Assembly: GCA_963746845.1 (NCBI GenBank) | Contig: CAVVCZ010000005.1 | Location: 128,001 to 192,000, forward strand | Reading direction: 5' to 3' | DNA: 64,000 bases | Source: an uncultured Chloroflexia bacterium | GTDB lineage: Bacteria; Chloroflexota; Limnocylindria; Limnocylindrales; CSP1-4 | Part shown: piece by piece, positions 19,291 to 29,868 of the stretch | Layout: every line of letters starts with the position of its first letter | How positions within the stretch are numbered: position 1 is the first letter of the stretch | Notes under the pieces: generated by a model | What the model was told of the DNA's origin: nothing | Database searches by the model: none | Seen by the model: only the letters and a program-made list of their open reading frames with translations | Position numbers and translations under genes: made by a program

Positions 19291-19605
19291 TCAGGCGGAC
19301 ATCGTCCCGTGCGTGGTTCGGCTGCCGGTCAGGTACCTCGTGGCGACCGCCACGACGAGACCGACGACGAGTCCGCCGACGAGGGCCGGCACCAGCGCCA
19401 GGCCGTCGAAGACGGGTCCGGTGGCCTGCCAGGCGACGATGAACTCACTCGCCACGAGCGCCCCGATGCCGGCGGCGATCGCGTCGACGAGCCACTCGTA
19501 TGCGCTCTGCGCGCGTCCAACGAGCTGCACCAACACGCCGAAGACCAGTGCACCGACGACAAGGACAAACCAACCTGCCAGTCCGAGCGCGATGCTGAAC
19601 TCCAT
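19291..19605 (-). CDS. Small membrane protein (GlsB/YeaQ/YmgE-like)
   Basis: Three hydrophobic helices; AAGGAGG RBS. Confidence 0.7.
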   Translation of the reverse strand: MEFSIALGLAGWFVLVVGALVFGVLVQLVGRAQSAYEWLVDAIAAGIGALVASEFIVAWQATGPVFDGLALVPALVGGLVVGLVVAVATRYLTGSRTTHGTMSA

Positions 19606-19676
19606 CAAGGTCCTCCTTTCGCCCTGATCGTCTGCCGGCGACGACGTGGACGGAAGGGCTCAGTGAACCGTTCCGG

Positions 19677-20933
19677 TCAAGGCCATTCCGCCCGATCGGC
19701 TCGACGAAGCGGCAGGCCGGATGTCCGCCGGCGGCCCGCGCGCGGAAGAACTGCGCCCGAATGCGCCGCGGCGGCTCCTGATGCGGGGGGTGTGGTCGGG
19801 CTCGGCGCATCGGTGACCCTCGCGACGACCTGATCCGCGATCACGACGTCTTCCCGGGCCGTGATCCGCACGATGGCCGGCCCCGAGGTGGTTCCCTGGA
19901 CCCCGTCGCCGGCGCTGACGCGCTCCGGGCCGGCCGGGTTGCCGATCCGGAGGCGCTCGCCGATCCGGGTGCGAATGGTCGGCGCGTGCTCGCCGATCCC
20001 GCCGGTGAACACGATCGCGTCGAGCCGGGGCAGGCTGGTCGTGCTCGCGGCGATTCCTGCCGCCGCGCGACGCACGAACATCTCCAAGGCGAGCGTGGCA
20101 CCCGGCTCGCCGGCGGCCTCCAGCTCCAGGAGGCGCGCCATGTCGGCGGTGCCACCGATCGCGACGAGCCCGGAGCGGTGATCGAGATCCGCTTCGATGT
20201 CGGCCGCCGGATGCCCGTCCCGCAGGAGCCGGAAGATGATCCCCGGATCGATCGACCCGGCGCGGGTGCCCATCATCAGCCCCTCGAGCGGCGTCATCCC
20301 CATCGAGGTGTCGACCGACCGGCCGCCCTCGACCGCCGTGACCGAGCAGCCGCCGCCGAGGTGGGCGACGACGAGGCACAGGTCCTCGACCGGGCGGCCG
20401 AGCAGCTCCGCCGCCCGCCGTGTCGACCACGCGACCGACAGGCCGTGGAACCCGTACCGCCGGATCCCGGCCCGATCCCACGCGTCCGGCACGGGGTAGC
20501 GACGGGCGGCCTCGGGCAGGGTCGCGTGGAAGGCGGTGTCGAAGCCGGCGATCTGGGGGACGTCCGGCAGCAGTCGACGCGAGGCCCGCATCGTCGCGAC
20601 GGCGAGGGGGTTGTGCAGGGGCGCCAGGTCATCAAGCGACTCGATCGCCGCGATCACCTCGTCGTCCAGCCCGACGGGACCGGTGAACCGGCTTCCACCA
20701 TGGACGACCCGGTGGCCGACCCCGTCGATCGGCCCGCCCGCAGCCTCCACGACCGTGCGGACCGTCGCCGACACCCGGTCCGCCGTGTCCGCAGCGCCCG
20801 AAGCGTCCGTCGCGTCGGTCGCGTCCGACGCGACCCAGTCGACCGTCCGATCGAACGAACGCGGCCGGTCGGGCGGCTCGATCACGCTCGCCTTCAGGTT
20901 CGACGAGCCGGCGTTCAGGACGAGGATGCGCAT
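19677..20933 (-). CDS. ackA: Acetate kinase
   Basis: LVLNAGSS, GHRVVHGG, APLHN, FDTAFH, RYGFHG, HLGGG, FTGGIGE. Confidence 0.94.
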   Translation of the reverse strand: MRILVLNAGSSNLKASVIEPPDRPRSFDRTVDWVASDATDATDASGAADTADRVSATVRTVVEAAGGPIDGVGHRVVHGGSRFTGPVGLDDEVIAAIESLDDLAPLHNPLAVATMRASRRLLPDVPQIAGFDTAFHATLPEAARRYPVPDAWDRAGIRRYGFHGLSVAWSTRRAAELLGRPVEDLCLVVAHLGGGCSVTAVEGGRSVDTSMGMTPLEGLMMGTRAGSIDPGIIFRLLRDGHPAADIEADLDHRSGLVAIGGTADMARLLELEAAGEPGATLALEMFVRRAAAGIAASTTSLPRLDAIVFTGGIGEHAPTIRTRIGERLRIGNPAGPERVSAGDGVQGTTSGPAIVRITAREDVVIADQVVARVTDAPSPTTPPASGAAAAHSGAVLPRAGRRRTSGLPLRRADRAEWP

Positions 20934-20952
20934 CGGGAGCCTCCGACGAGCG

Positions 20953-23310
20953 TCAGCCGGGCCACTGCCAGTCGCGGATGTCGGGCGGATCCTCCCCGAA
21001 CTCGCGTGCGTAGGCCCGCGCGCGCAGGCGTTCGTCCTCGAGATGCTGGCGGAGCGATGCCGCGTGGGACCCGAGGCCCGGCACGCGGTCGATCACGTCG
21101 AGCGCGAGATGGAAGCGATCGAGGTCGTTCCGCATCACCATGTCGAACGGAGTCGTGACCGTTCCCTCCTCCTTGTACCCGCGGACGTGCAGGTTCGCGT
21201 GGTTCGTGCGCCGGTAGGTCAGGCGATGGATGAGCCACGGGTAGCCGTGGTACGCGAAGATCACCGGTCGATCGGTCGTGAACAGGGCGTCGAACTCCTG
21301 CCCGGGCAGGCCATGCGGATGCTCGCCCTCGTCCATGAGGCGCATGAGGTCGACGACGTTCACGACGCGCACCCGGAGGTCGGGCAGGTTCCGGCGCAGG
21401 ATCGCCACGGCCGCGAGCGTCTCGAGCGTGGGCACGTCGCCGCAGCACGCGAGCACGACGTCCGGCGAGCCGTCGTCGTTGCTCGCCCAGTCCCAGATTC
21501 CGATGCCCCGCGTGCAGTGGAGGACCGCCTCGTCCATCGTCAGGTAGTCGAGCGCGGGCTGCTTTCCGGCGACGATGACATTGACGTAGTTGCGGCTGCG
21601 CAGGCAGTGGTCGGCGACCGACAGGAGGCAGTTCGCGTCGGGCGGGAGGTAGACCCGGATGACCTCGGCCTTCTTGTTGACGACGTGGTCGATGAAGCCG
21701 GGATCCTGGTGGCTGAACCCGTTGTGGTCCTGGCGCCAGACGTGGCTCGTGAGCAGGTAGTTCAGCGACGCGATCTCGCGTCGCCACGGGATCTCGCGCG
21801 TCATCTTCAGCCACTTCGCGTGCTGGTTGAACATCGAGTCGATGACGTGGATGAAGGCCTCGTAGCAGTCGAACAGGCCGTGGCGGCCGGTGAGCAGATA
21901 GCCCTCGAGCCAGCCCTGACACAGGTGCTCGGACAGGACCTCGAGCACCCGGCCCGACGGAGCGAGGTGTTCGTCCGTGGGCCGGAGCTCCCCCATCCAG
22001 GCGCGATCCGTCGCCTCGAACACCGCGTCCAGCCGGTTCGACGCCGTCTCGTCCGGACCGAAGATCCGGAAGGTCGTCGGGTTCTGGCGGATCACGTCGC
22101 GCAGCCATGAGCCGAGCACCCTGGTCGCCTCGGTCGTACCGGCCCCGGGCGATGGAACATCCACGCCGTACCGTCGGAAGTCGGGCAACCGCAGCTCGCG
22201 CAGCAGGAGTCCGCCATTCGCATGCGGGTTCGCGCTCATCCGTCGCGGCCCGGTGGGAGCCAGCTCCAGGATCTCGTCCCGTGGCCGGCCCGCGTCGTCG
22301 AAGAGCTCGTCGGGCCGGTAGGAGCGCAGCCAGGTCTCGAGCTGGGCGAGATGCTCCGGGTTCGTCCGGACCGCCGCGAGCGGCACCTGGTGGGAGCGCC
22401 ACGTCCCCTCGGTCGGCAGGCCATCGACGACCTTCGGTCCGGTCCAGCCCTTGGGCGTCCGCAGGACGATCATCGGCCAGGTCGGACGCTCGGTGCTGCC
22501 GTCTCGGGCCGCGGCCTTGATCGCCGCGACGTCGTCCATGACGGCATCCATCGTCGCGGCCATGACCGCGTGGACCGTCATGGGATCGTCGCCGGCCACG
22601 ATCCGCGGGGCGTACCCGTAGCCCTCGAGCAGGCGGATCAGCTCGTCGTCGCCGATCCGGTCGAGGATCGTCGGGTTGGCGATCTTGTAGCCGTTCAGGG
22701 CGAGGATCGGGACGACCGTGCCGTCGACCGCCGGATTCAGGAACTTGTTCGAGTGCCAGCTCGCGGCCAGGGGCCCGGTCTCGGCCTCGCCGTCGCCGAC
22801 GACGCAGAAGACGACGAGGTCGGGGTTGTCGAAGGCCGCGCCGAATGCGTGGACGAGCGCGTAGCCAAGCTCGCCGCCCTCGTGGATCGACCCGGGCGTT
22901 TCCGGCGTGACGTGGCTGCCGATCCCGCCCGGGAACGAGAACCGCCGGAACAGATGGCGGAGGCCGGCCTCGTCGAAGGTGAGCGACGAGTCGACCTCCG
23001 CGGCCGTTCCCTCGAGATACGCGTTGGCGACGGCCGCGGGCCCGCCGTGGCCCGGTCCGACGATCCAGATCGCGTCGAGGTCGCGGGCCTTGATGACCCG
23101 GCTCGCGTGGGCATAGACGAGGTTCAGCCCCGGGGTCGTCCCCCAGTGGCCGAGAAGGCGCGGCTTGACGTGCTCCGCGGCGAGCGGCTCCTTCAGGAGC
23201 GGGTTCGCGAGCAGGTAGATCTGGCCGACCGACAGGTAGTTGGCCGCCCGCCACCAGGCGTCGAGCAGTGCGAACTCCGCCGGCGCCATCGTCATCGTTC
23301 GCTCGCTCAT
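20953..23310 (-). CDS. xfp: Phosphoketolase
   Basis: [42 protein letters not shown]. Confidence 0.96.
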   Translation of the reverse strand: MSERTMTMAPAEFALLDAWWRAANYLSVGQIYLLANPLLKEPLAAEHVKPRLLGHWGTTPGLNLVYAHASRVIKARDLDAIWIVGPGHGGPAAVANAYLEGTAAEVDSSLTFDEAGLRHLFRRFSFPGGIGSHVTPETPGSIHEGGELGYALVHAFGAAFDNPDLVVFCVVGDGEAETGPLAASWHSNKFLNPAVDGTVVPILALNGYKIANPTILDRIGDDELIRLLEGYGYAPRIVAGDDPMTVHAVMAATMDAVMDDVAAIKAAARDGSTERPTWPMIVLRTPKGWTGPKVVDGLPTEGTWRSHQVPLAAVRTNPEHLAQLETWLRSYRPDELFDDAGRPRDEILELAPTGPRRMSANPHANGGLLLRELRLPDFRRYGVDVPSPGAGTTEATRVLGSWLRDVIRQNPTTFRIFGPDETASNRLDAVFEATDRAWMGELRPTDEHLAPSGRVLEVLSEHLCQGWLEGYLLTGRHGLFDCYEAFIHVIDSMFNQHAKWLKMTREIPWRREIASLNYLLTSHVWRQDHNGFSHQDPGFIDHVVNKKAEVIRVYLPPDANCLLSVADHCLRSRNYVNVIVAGKQPALDYLTMDEAVLHCTRGIGIWDWASNDDGSPDVVLACCGDVPTLETLAAVAILRRNLPDLRVRVVNVVDLMRLMDEGEHPHGLPGQEFDALFTTDRPVIFAYHGYPWLIHRLTYRRTNHANLHVRGYKEEGTVTTPFDMVMRNDLDRFHLALDVIDRVPGLGSHAASLRQHLEDERLRARAYAREFGEDPPDIRDWQWPG

Positions 23311-23406
23311 CGACGGTCCCCTCCGGCTGGATCGGCGGCTCCGGGAATCCGGCGCGCCCGACGGAAGTATCCGCCGGGCGGTGGTCTCGGTCGCGGTTGG
23401 CGGGAG

Positions 23407-23429
23407 CGCCGGTCGCGCTGCGACCGGCG
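23407..23429 (-). terminator. Hairpin (10-bp stem) after small ORF
   Basis: cgccggtcgc-gct-gcgaccggcg. Confidence 0.4.
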
Positions 23430-23433
23430 TTGG

Positions 23434-23541
23434 TCAGCTCGGCGTCTCGGCGCGGTGCGACATCCGCACGAACAGGCGGCTCGCGATGACGGCGATGAAG
23501 GTCATGCCGATGGACAGGGCGATCGGGATCAGGATCTTCAT
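23434..23541 (-). CDS. 35-aa single-TM small protein
   Basis: GGAGG RBS then MKILIPIALSIGMTFIAVIASRLFVRMSHRAETPS*; own boxed promoter at 23582-23647. Confidence 0.6.
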   Translation of the reverse strand: MKILIPIALSIGMTFIAVIASRLFVRMSHRAETPS

Positions 23542-23810
23542 GGATGGTCCTCCGTGGCTCCCGTCTGGAGCCTGGACGCTCAGCCTGAGCCCCACCGTCG
23601 GCGACGCCCACGGCCGTTCGTCGTCTCGACGCGGGCCGTTCGGCATGGCGCCGCCTGTTGCCCCCGGTCAGCGGGCCGCTTGTGACCCCGATTCGTGATC
23701 TCGGGATCGTGTCGCACCGCGGGCATCGGAGCACGATGACAGGTCCGTCGCGTACCCTCTGGGCAGCCGTCGACGGTCGGCGGTCTCTCCGGAGGTGTGC
23801 CTTGGATCCC

Positions 23811-24065
23811 ATGAGCGACGCTCGACGGCTCGCGTCGATCGCCTCGGTCTTCATCCTGCTCGGCTGGGTTGCCGTCATCTACGCCCTGGTCGCGGGAGCG
23901 ATCTGGTGGTGGCAGCTCGCAACCGGTCCCGCATTCAACTTCCTCGAGGCATTCGCGATCTCGGCTGCCGCGATCGGCACACCGATCTTCCTCGCCCTCA
24001 TCGTGGCCGGCTTCGGCTACGCGCTGCGGCTGTTCGCGCTGTACGTCGCCAGCAAGACCCAGTAG
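23811..24065 (+). CDS. Small hypothetical membrane protein
   Basis: Two hydrophobic helices; coding-like codon usage. Confidence 0.65.
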   Translation: MSDARRLASIASVFILLGWVAVIYALVAGAIWWWQLATGPAFNFLEAFAISAAAIGTPIFLALIVAGFGYALRLFALYVASKTQ

Positions 24066-24084
24066 TCCGATCGGGGCCATCCGC

Positions 24085-25530
24085 ATGTCCTTCCGGCGCG
24101 CCGTCACGGCGATCCTGCTCAGCGTATTCGTCGCCTCGTGCGCCAATGTCGCCGGCTCGGGCGGCCAGCTCGAGGGCATCCAGTGGGTCCTCCACTCGTA
24201 TGCGCAGGGCGGGACGCTGACGATCGTCCCGGAGACGATCTTTGCGGACGCCACGTTCGAGAGCAACATCGTCGGCGGCCGGGCCGGCTGCAACACGTTC
24301 CGGGCGCTGTACCAGTCCGGCTCCCGGACCCTGCTGATCTCCCAGCCCGCGACGACCCTCATGGCCTGCGACCAGCCGACGATGGACTTCGCGCAGACGT
24401 ATCTCGCCCTCCTGCAGTCGAGCCGCTTCTACACCGCCCGCAACGAGACGCTGACGGTGTATGACAGCCTCGGCTCGCCGGCTCTCGTCTACGACGCCGC
24501 CCCGCGCAACCCGCTCCTCGGTCGCTGGGACGTGGACTCGTACCTCGTCCCGCCGTCGACGGTCACCGCGCCGCTCGCGGGGACGCAGCTCGACGTGGTC
24601 TTCGGGATCGCGAGCATCGGCGGTTCGTCCGGCTGCAACACGTTCACCGGGACCTATGGCACGAACGGCAACGCCGTCCGGATCAGCCCGCTCGCGACCA
24701 CCCGGCTCGCCTGCGACCAGGCGGTCATGGACCAGGAGACCGCATTCCTGACGGCCCTCCAGGGCGTGTCCTTCATCGACTACCGCGGCAGCACGGTCCT
24801 CCTGACCGATCGAAACGGCTCGCTGGTCGTCGGCCTGACACGGCCAGTGGCGGAAGCGGAGGCATCGCCCAGCCCGTCCGCGAGCAGCGTCCCGGTCGCA
24901 TCGGCCACACCGAAGCCTTCCGCGTCGCCGAAGCCGAGCGCGAGCCCGACCCCGACACCGTCGCCCACGCCCTCGCCGACGCCGGCTCCGACGAAGACGC
25001 CGGCAGCCAGCGCGCCGCCTCCGCTCCCCTCGATCCCACCGCTGCCACCCACGGCGACGTGTGAACTGATGCCGGCTGCCGGTGGTCCCGCCGTTGCGAA
25101 GCTCTTGTACCCCGGCACCTGGAACACCGTGACGACGCCGGCGAACCTCGTCTGCCGCTACTTCGATCCAGAGCCGATCACCGTCCCCAGCGACCCGACA
25201 ACCCTCAAGACGGCCGTCATGGCGAACGTCCTGGCAACTCCCTATGCGGACGCCGTGGCGGCCGCGACGAACCCGACCAACTGGACGGTGGCGCGACAGG
25301 GGTCATCGATCGTGAGCGGAACGCCGTTCACCTGCGTCGACGCGACGGCAAAGGTCGCCACGGCCGGCGTGCCGGTTGGCTCGTCGGCCTTCTCGTGCCT
25401 CGTCAACGTGGGTGCGGCAGGGACGGTGGTCCTCCAGACCGTCGGCACGGCCGGCGACCCCGTCTACGAGGAGAACGGCGCGATCGTCTCGCTGATGACC
25501 GGGTCGTCGACGTTCACGCCGACGACATGA
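24085..25530 (+). CDS. Lipoprotein with tandem META (HslJ-like) domains and Pro-rich linker
   Basis: Lipobox VASC; two GxxGCNxF...TxMAC/TRLAC repeats. Confidence 0.85.
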   Translation: MSFRRAVTAILLSVFVASCANVAGSGGQLEGIQWVLHSYAQGGTLTIVPETIFADATFESNIVGGRAGCNTFRALYQSGSRTLLISQPATTLMACDQPTMDFAQTYLALLQSSRFYTARNETLTVYDSLGSPALVYDAAPRNPLLGRWDVDSYLVPPSTVTAPLAGTQLDVVFGIASIGGSSGCNTFTGTYGTNGNAVRISPLATTRLACDQAVMDQETAFLTALQGVSFIDYRGSTVLLTDRNGSLVVGLTRPVAEAEASPSPSASSVPVASATPKPSASPKPSASPTPTPSPTPSPTPAPTKTPAASAPPPLPSIPPLPPTATCELMPAAGGPAVAKLLYPGTWNTVTTPANLVCRYFDPEPITVPSDPTTLKTAVMANVLATPYADAVAAATNPTNWTVARQGSSIVSGTPFTCVDATAKVATAGVPVGSSAFSCLVNVGAAGTVVLQTVGTAGDPVYEENGAIVSLMTGSSTFTPTT

Positions 25531-25587
25531 GCGGGGGGCGGTCGTTGCCGTCCCGCCGCATCCGGCGCTAGACTCGGGGCCTCCCGA

Positions 25588-25663
25588 GCGGGAGTAACTC
25601 AGTTGGCAGAGTGTCAGCTTCCCAAGCTGAATGTCGCGGGTTCGAACCCCGTCTCCCGCTCCA
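25588..25663 (+). tRNA. tRNA-Gly (CCC)
   Basis: GCGGGAG acceptor/CTCCCGC, anticodon arm TCAGC-TTCCCAA-GCTGA, GGTTCGAAC T-loop, encoded CCA. Confidence 0.97.
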
Positions 25664-25949
25664 CTTCCCTCTCCTGATCGGCCCCTGAGCTCCGAACCGT
25701 GCCTGCGGGCCGCCGATTCGCGCGTTTGCAGCCTCCGGACGGATTCGCAGTAGAGTGCCTGTGCTGCCTGATCGACGCGCCGAGTGGCGTCGGTGGACGA
25801 TCGATCGAGCCAGCATCCCCTCGGACGCCCGTCGATCGGTCTGCCGATTCGCGCGTCGAGGTGACCAGCGTCTTGGGCATTCGCTGAGGGAGGAAGGCTG
25901 TGCGCCAGCGCGCCTGAAGCCCATCGAGACGCCCGTCTACAGTACGACC

Positions 25950-27149
25950 GTGGAGACGTACGACCTGGCCGAAGCCGCCGAGCGGAGCGGGAGCACCGTC
26001 GACGAGCTGTCCGGGCTGGTCGAGCTGGGGATCCTCACGCCGGACCCGGATGGAGCGTTCACCCCCGGCCAGGTCCGTCGCGCGGACATCGTCCAGAGCC
26101 TCACCGCCGCCGGCATCCCGCTCGAGGGTCTCGGCGCGGCCATCCGGAGCGGCCATGTCTCCCTGGACTTCCTCGACGCGTCGGCGTTCGACCGGTTCTC
26201 GACCTTCAGCGGGGAGACCTTCGCCGAGGCCGCCCGGCGGACGAATATGCCGGTGGACCTCCTCATGTTCATCCGCGAGGCCGCCGGCGGTGCGATCCCG
26301 GGGCCTGACGATCGAATCCGCGAGGAGGAGATGCCGATGGTCGACCTGATCGAAACCGCAGCTCGTGGAGTGATCCGCCCGGCGGCCATCCAGCAGATGA
26401 TCCGCACCCAGGGCGACAGCCTCCGGCGCGTCGCGGAAACCGAGTCGGCGATGTGGCAGGCCGAGGTGATCGGGCCGGCCATGCAGCGCGGGGTGCGTCC
26501 CGACGAGATCCTCGGCGGCGACCTCGGCGATCGGATGAGCGCGTTGACCGAGCGATCGGTGATCGCGATGTATCACCTCCAGCAGACGCACGCGTGGACG
26601 ACGAACATCATCGAAGGCCTCGAGTTCCAGCTGGCCGCCGCCGGTCTGCACAGTCGCCTGGAGCATCCGCCGGCGATGTGCTTCCTCGACATCACCGGCT
26701 ACACCCGCCTCACCCAGGAGCGCGGCGACGCCGCTGCGGCGGACCTCGCCGAGCGGCTGGGCCGGGTCGTCAACCGGACCTCGGTGGCCCAGGGCGGCCG
26801 GGCCGTGAAGTGGCTCGGCGACGGCGTGATGCTCCACTTCCCGATCCCGGGACACGGGGTGCTTGCGGCCCTCGACATGATCGACGGCATCGAGGCAGCC
26901 GGACTTCCGCCCGCCCACGTCGGCCTGCATGCCGGGCCGGTGATCTTCCAGGAGGGCGACTACTACGGCCAGACCGTCAACCTGGCCTCCCGGATCGCCG
27001 ACTACGCGCAGGCCGGCGAGGTCTTCGTGAGCCAGGCCGTGGTCGATGCCGCCGCCGGGACGGCGGTCGCGTTCCGCGAGGTCGGCCCCGTCGAGCTCAA
27101 GGGCGTCATGGGGCCGACGCTCGTGTTTGCCGCCGAGCGGCCCGGCTGA
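25950..27149 (+). CDS. Class III adenylate/guanylate cyclase with N-terminal MerR-like HTH/regulatory domain
   Basis: FLDITGYT, KWLGDG, GDYYGQTVNLASR, ELKG. Confidence 0.88.
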   Translation: METYDLAEAAERSGSTVDELSGLVELGILTPDPDGAFTPGQVRRADIVQSLTAAGIPLEGLGAAIRSGHVSLDFLDASAFDRFSTFSGETFAEAARRTNMPVDLLMFIREAAGGAIPGPDDRIREEEMPMVDLIETAARGVIRPAAIQQMIRTQGDSLRRVAETESAMWQAEVIGPAMQRGVRPDEILGGDLGDRMSALTERSVIAMYHLQQTHAWTTNIIEGLEFQLAAAGLHSRLEHPPAMCFLDITGYTRLTQERGDAAAADLAERLGRVVNRTSVAQGGRAVKWLGDGVMLHFPIPGHGVLAALDMIDGIEAAGLPPAHVGLHAGPVIFQEGDYYGQTVNLASRIADYAQAGEVFVSQAVVDAAAGTAVAFREVGPVELKGVMGPTLVFAAERPG

Positions 27150-27346
27150 GCGGGGCTCTTCAACGGCCGGTCCCTCCGCCGGTCTGGATCAGGACGGTTC
27201 TTCAGTTGTGTGCGCAGCGGCAGGACACGGACGGCGCACACCGCGCGTGAGATCCGGGGGCCGACCCTACTCTTGACCGTCGAGGCTTCGACTACAGTGC
27301 CGTCGAGCGCAACCGACGACCCGGCGATGGCTGGAGGAGATATCGA

Positions 27347-28969
27347 ATGACCGAGGCGGTCCAGGCCGACGTGGCCGAGCCGACGGCAGAGGCGCCGGTC
27401 GAGGGGGCCGAGGGCAATCCGCGCCTCGCGATCCTGCTGGCCATGGCGATGTTCGTGCTCGTCGTTGACACGTCGATCATGAATGTCTCGATCTCGGCCG
27501 TCGTCCACGACCTCAACACCACCGTGAGCGGCGTCCAGTCGGCCATCGCCCTCGAAGCCCTCGTCTCGGCCGCGTTCATCCTGATCGGCAGCAAGATCGG
27601 CGACCTGATCGGACGGAAGAAGGCCTACGTGCTGGGCCTGCTCGGGTATGCCATCGGCGCGATCGCCATGACGCTGACCCAGAGCCTGGTCCCGATCATC
27701 ATCTTCTGGGCGATCATCGGTGGCCTGGGTGCCTCGCTCCTGCTGCCCTCGATGCAGTCCCTGATCCACGGCAACTTCGTGGGCGCCTACCAGCGCAAGG
27801 TGTATGCCCTCGTGGGTGCCGCCGCCGCGATCGCCGCCGCGATCGGGCCGCTCCTCGGCGGCTTCATCACGACGTTCCTGTCGTGGCGCCTCGCGTTCGC
27901 CCTCGAGGCGGTCGTCATCGGCGTCGTGTTGTCGGGCATCGGCTTGGTCAAGGAGGTTCCCTATACCGGGTCCCGGGCCGTCGACGCGATCGGCGGCGTC
28001 CTGTCGATCGTCGGCATGGGCGGCATCGTCCTCGGGATCCTCGCGTGGCAGGAAGGCGGCGAACGGGTCGTCGAGCTCATCGTGATCGGAGCGATCGCCC
28101 TGGCGGCCTTCGCCTGGTGGCTCGTCCGGCGCAAGCGCCAGGGCAAGGCGGCGCTCATCGATCCGGACCTGTTCATCTCGAAGGTGTTCCGCTTCGGGAT
28201 CTCGGGTCAGCTGTTGCAGCAGGTCGCGCTCGGCGGGACGATGATCGTCCTGCCGATCTACCTGCAGATGGTGTTCGAGTACACGGCCCTCCAGGCGGGC
28301 CTCTCGATCGCGCCCCTGTCGCTCAGCATGTTCGCCGTGGCGCTGCTCGCCGGGAAACGCGCCGGCGAGCGCCGGCCCAGCACGATCATCCGGGCGGGGT
28401 TCGTTCTGCTCACGATCGGGCTCATCCTCCTCGTCCCGATCGTGCCCCGCGCCGACTCCGGGGTCTACCTCCTGATCCCGCTGCTCATCTCGGGTTCCGG
28501 GCTCGGCCTGCTCGTCTCGCAGCTCAACAACTACACCCTGGCGCCGATCTCCGAGGAGCGGGTCAGCGAGGCCGCGGGCGTCAACTCCGCCGCGGGATCG
28601 TTCGGTCTGTCGTTCGGCCTGGCGGTCGCGGGCGCGGTGATGCTGGCGACCCTGTCGGTCGCCTTCGTCCGGTTCTCCGACGCCAGCGTGGTGCTGTCAG
28701 CCGAGCAGCAGCAGCAGGTCGCGACGGTGCTCGAGGACGACGCCCAGATCATGAGCAACACCCAGCTCGCCGCGCTCCTCGTGGATCAACCGCCCGCGAC
28801 CCAGGCCGAGATCCTGCGGATCAACGAGGAGGCCCGGCACATCGCGCTCCAGGTCGCCCTCCTGATCCCGATCCTGGCCGGTCTCCTCGGAATCGCGAAC
28901 TCGTTCCGCATGGTGCGGATCCCCGAGCCCAAGCCGTCCGGTGCGGCGGAGGGGATGGTCCTCGGCTAG
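27347..28969 (+). CDS. MFS transporter (DHA2/EmrB-like, 14 TM)
   Basis: DTSIMNV, GDLIGRKK, GPLLGG motifs; GGAGG RBS. Confidence 0.9.
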   Translation: MTEAVQADVAEPTAEAPVEGAEGNPRLAILLAMAMFVLVVDTSIMNVSISAVVHDLNTTVSGVQSAIALEALVSAAFILIGSKIGDLIGRKKAYVLGLLGYAIGAIAMTLTQSLVPIIIFWAIIGGLGASLLLPSMQSLIHGNFVGAYQRKVYALVGAAAAIAAAIGPLLGGFITTFLSWRLAFALEAVVIGVVLSGIGLVKEVPYTGSRAVDAIGGVLSIVGMGGIVLGILAWQEGGERVVELIVIGAIALAAFAWWLVRRKRQGKAALIDPDLFISKVFRFGISGQLLQQVALGGTMIVLPIYLQMVFEYTALQAGLSIAPLSLSMFAVALLAGKRAGERRPSTIIRAGFVLLTIGLILLVPIVPRADSGVYLLIPLLISGSGLGLLVSQLNNYTLAPISEERVSEAAGVNSAAGSFGLSFGLAVAGAVMLATLSVAFVRFSDASVVLSAEQQQQVATVLEDDAQIMSNTQLAALLVDQPPATQAEILRINEEARHIALQVALLIPILAGLLGIANSFRMVRIPEPKPSGAAEGMVLG

Positions 28970-29703
28970 ACCTCGCCGGGTCCGGATGCGTCGACCGTCG
29001 CCGGTCCGGCGCTCGCCTCGGGCGGTCCGGGCTCGATCTCGAGGCCCGCCGTCGTCGGCCCGCGGACGATCGACCGGCCGATGTTGCCGACGAGCAGGGC
29101 CACGGCGGAGACCAGGTACAGCTGGCCGGCCAGCGCCTCGGACACCGCGATCATCCGGCCGGCGCTCGTGAACGCCGTGAAGTCGCCGTAGCCGACCGTC
29201 GTCAGGGTGACGTAGCTGAAGTAGATGAAGTCGATGGCCGCCGGCGTCGAGGTCTGGACGAAGAACGGCTGGCCGGTGACGGCTCCGATCAACGGATACA
29301 GGTACGCGTAGGTGAGCCCGACCAGGAGGTAGATCGCCAGCGCACCCAGCACGAGCCGGACCGTGATCGTCGGGGATGCCAGGATCCGGCGGAGGATGAT
29401 GACGGGCGCCGCGAATGCCAGCAGCAGCCCGATCAGGCCGGTGGCGATGGTGTTCACCTTCTCGCCGATGAACAGGCCGCTGGCCGCGCCGACGACCGCA
29501 AGCACGACGATGGCCAGGGCGGTGCGGAAGGTCCGCCGTCGGGCGCCCGACGTGTGGAGGACGAAGAGGAGGGTGAACCCGCTCAGACACACGGCCAGGA
29601 ACTGGCCGAGCGGGCCGATGCCCAGCGAGATCGTGACGATCGTCGCGAGGATGAGGAGCAGGACCACCCCGAAGTCGTCCCGATCCTCGAGGCGGTCCTT
29701 CAC
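28966..29703 (-). CDS. Potassium channel family protein
   Basis: YFSYVTLTTVGYGD selectivity filter. Confidence 0.85.
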   Translation of the reverse strand: MKDRLEDRDDFGVVLLLILATIVTISLGIGPLGQFLAVCLSGFTLLFVLHTSGARRRTFRTALAIVVLAVVGAASGLFIGEKVNTIATGLIGLLLAFAAPVIILRRILASPTITVRLVLGALAIYLLVGLTYAYLYPLIGAVTGQPFFVQTSTPAAIDFIYFSYVTLTTVGYGDFTAFTSAGRMIAVSEALAGQLYLVSAVALLVGNIGRSIVRGPTTAGLEIEPGPPEASAGPATVDASGPGEV

Positions 29704-29868
29704 GCCACTGCGTCGTGAGGTCGGCGCGACGGGAGCGCCCCCGGACGGGCCGCTCAGTCCAGCCACTCGCGGGCCTGGTTGTCCGGGTCGTCGATCGTCG
29801 ACGAGATGAAGAGCACCATCCCGACGATCGTACGGCGAGCGAGAGCGCGCCGTCGGTCCCGGGCGGGA

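Noticed and set aside
19677-19810. C-terminal extension of AckA as an extra domain
   Set aside because: Low-complexity tail running over the next gene's promoter; more likely stop-codon drift than a functional domain.
25588-25950. Prophage or ICE integrated at tRNA-Gly
   Set aside because: No integrase, phage genes or duplicated tRNA 3' end were seen within the window.
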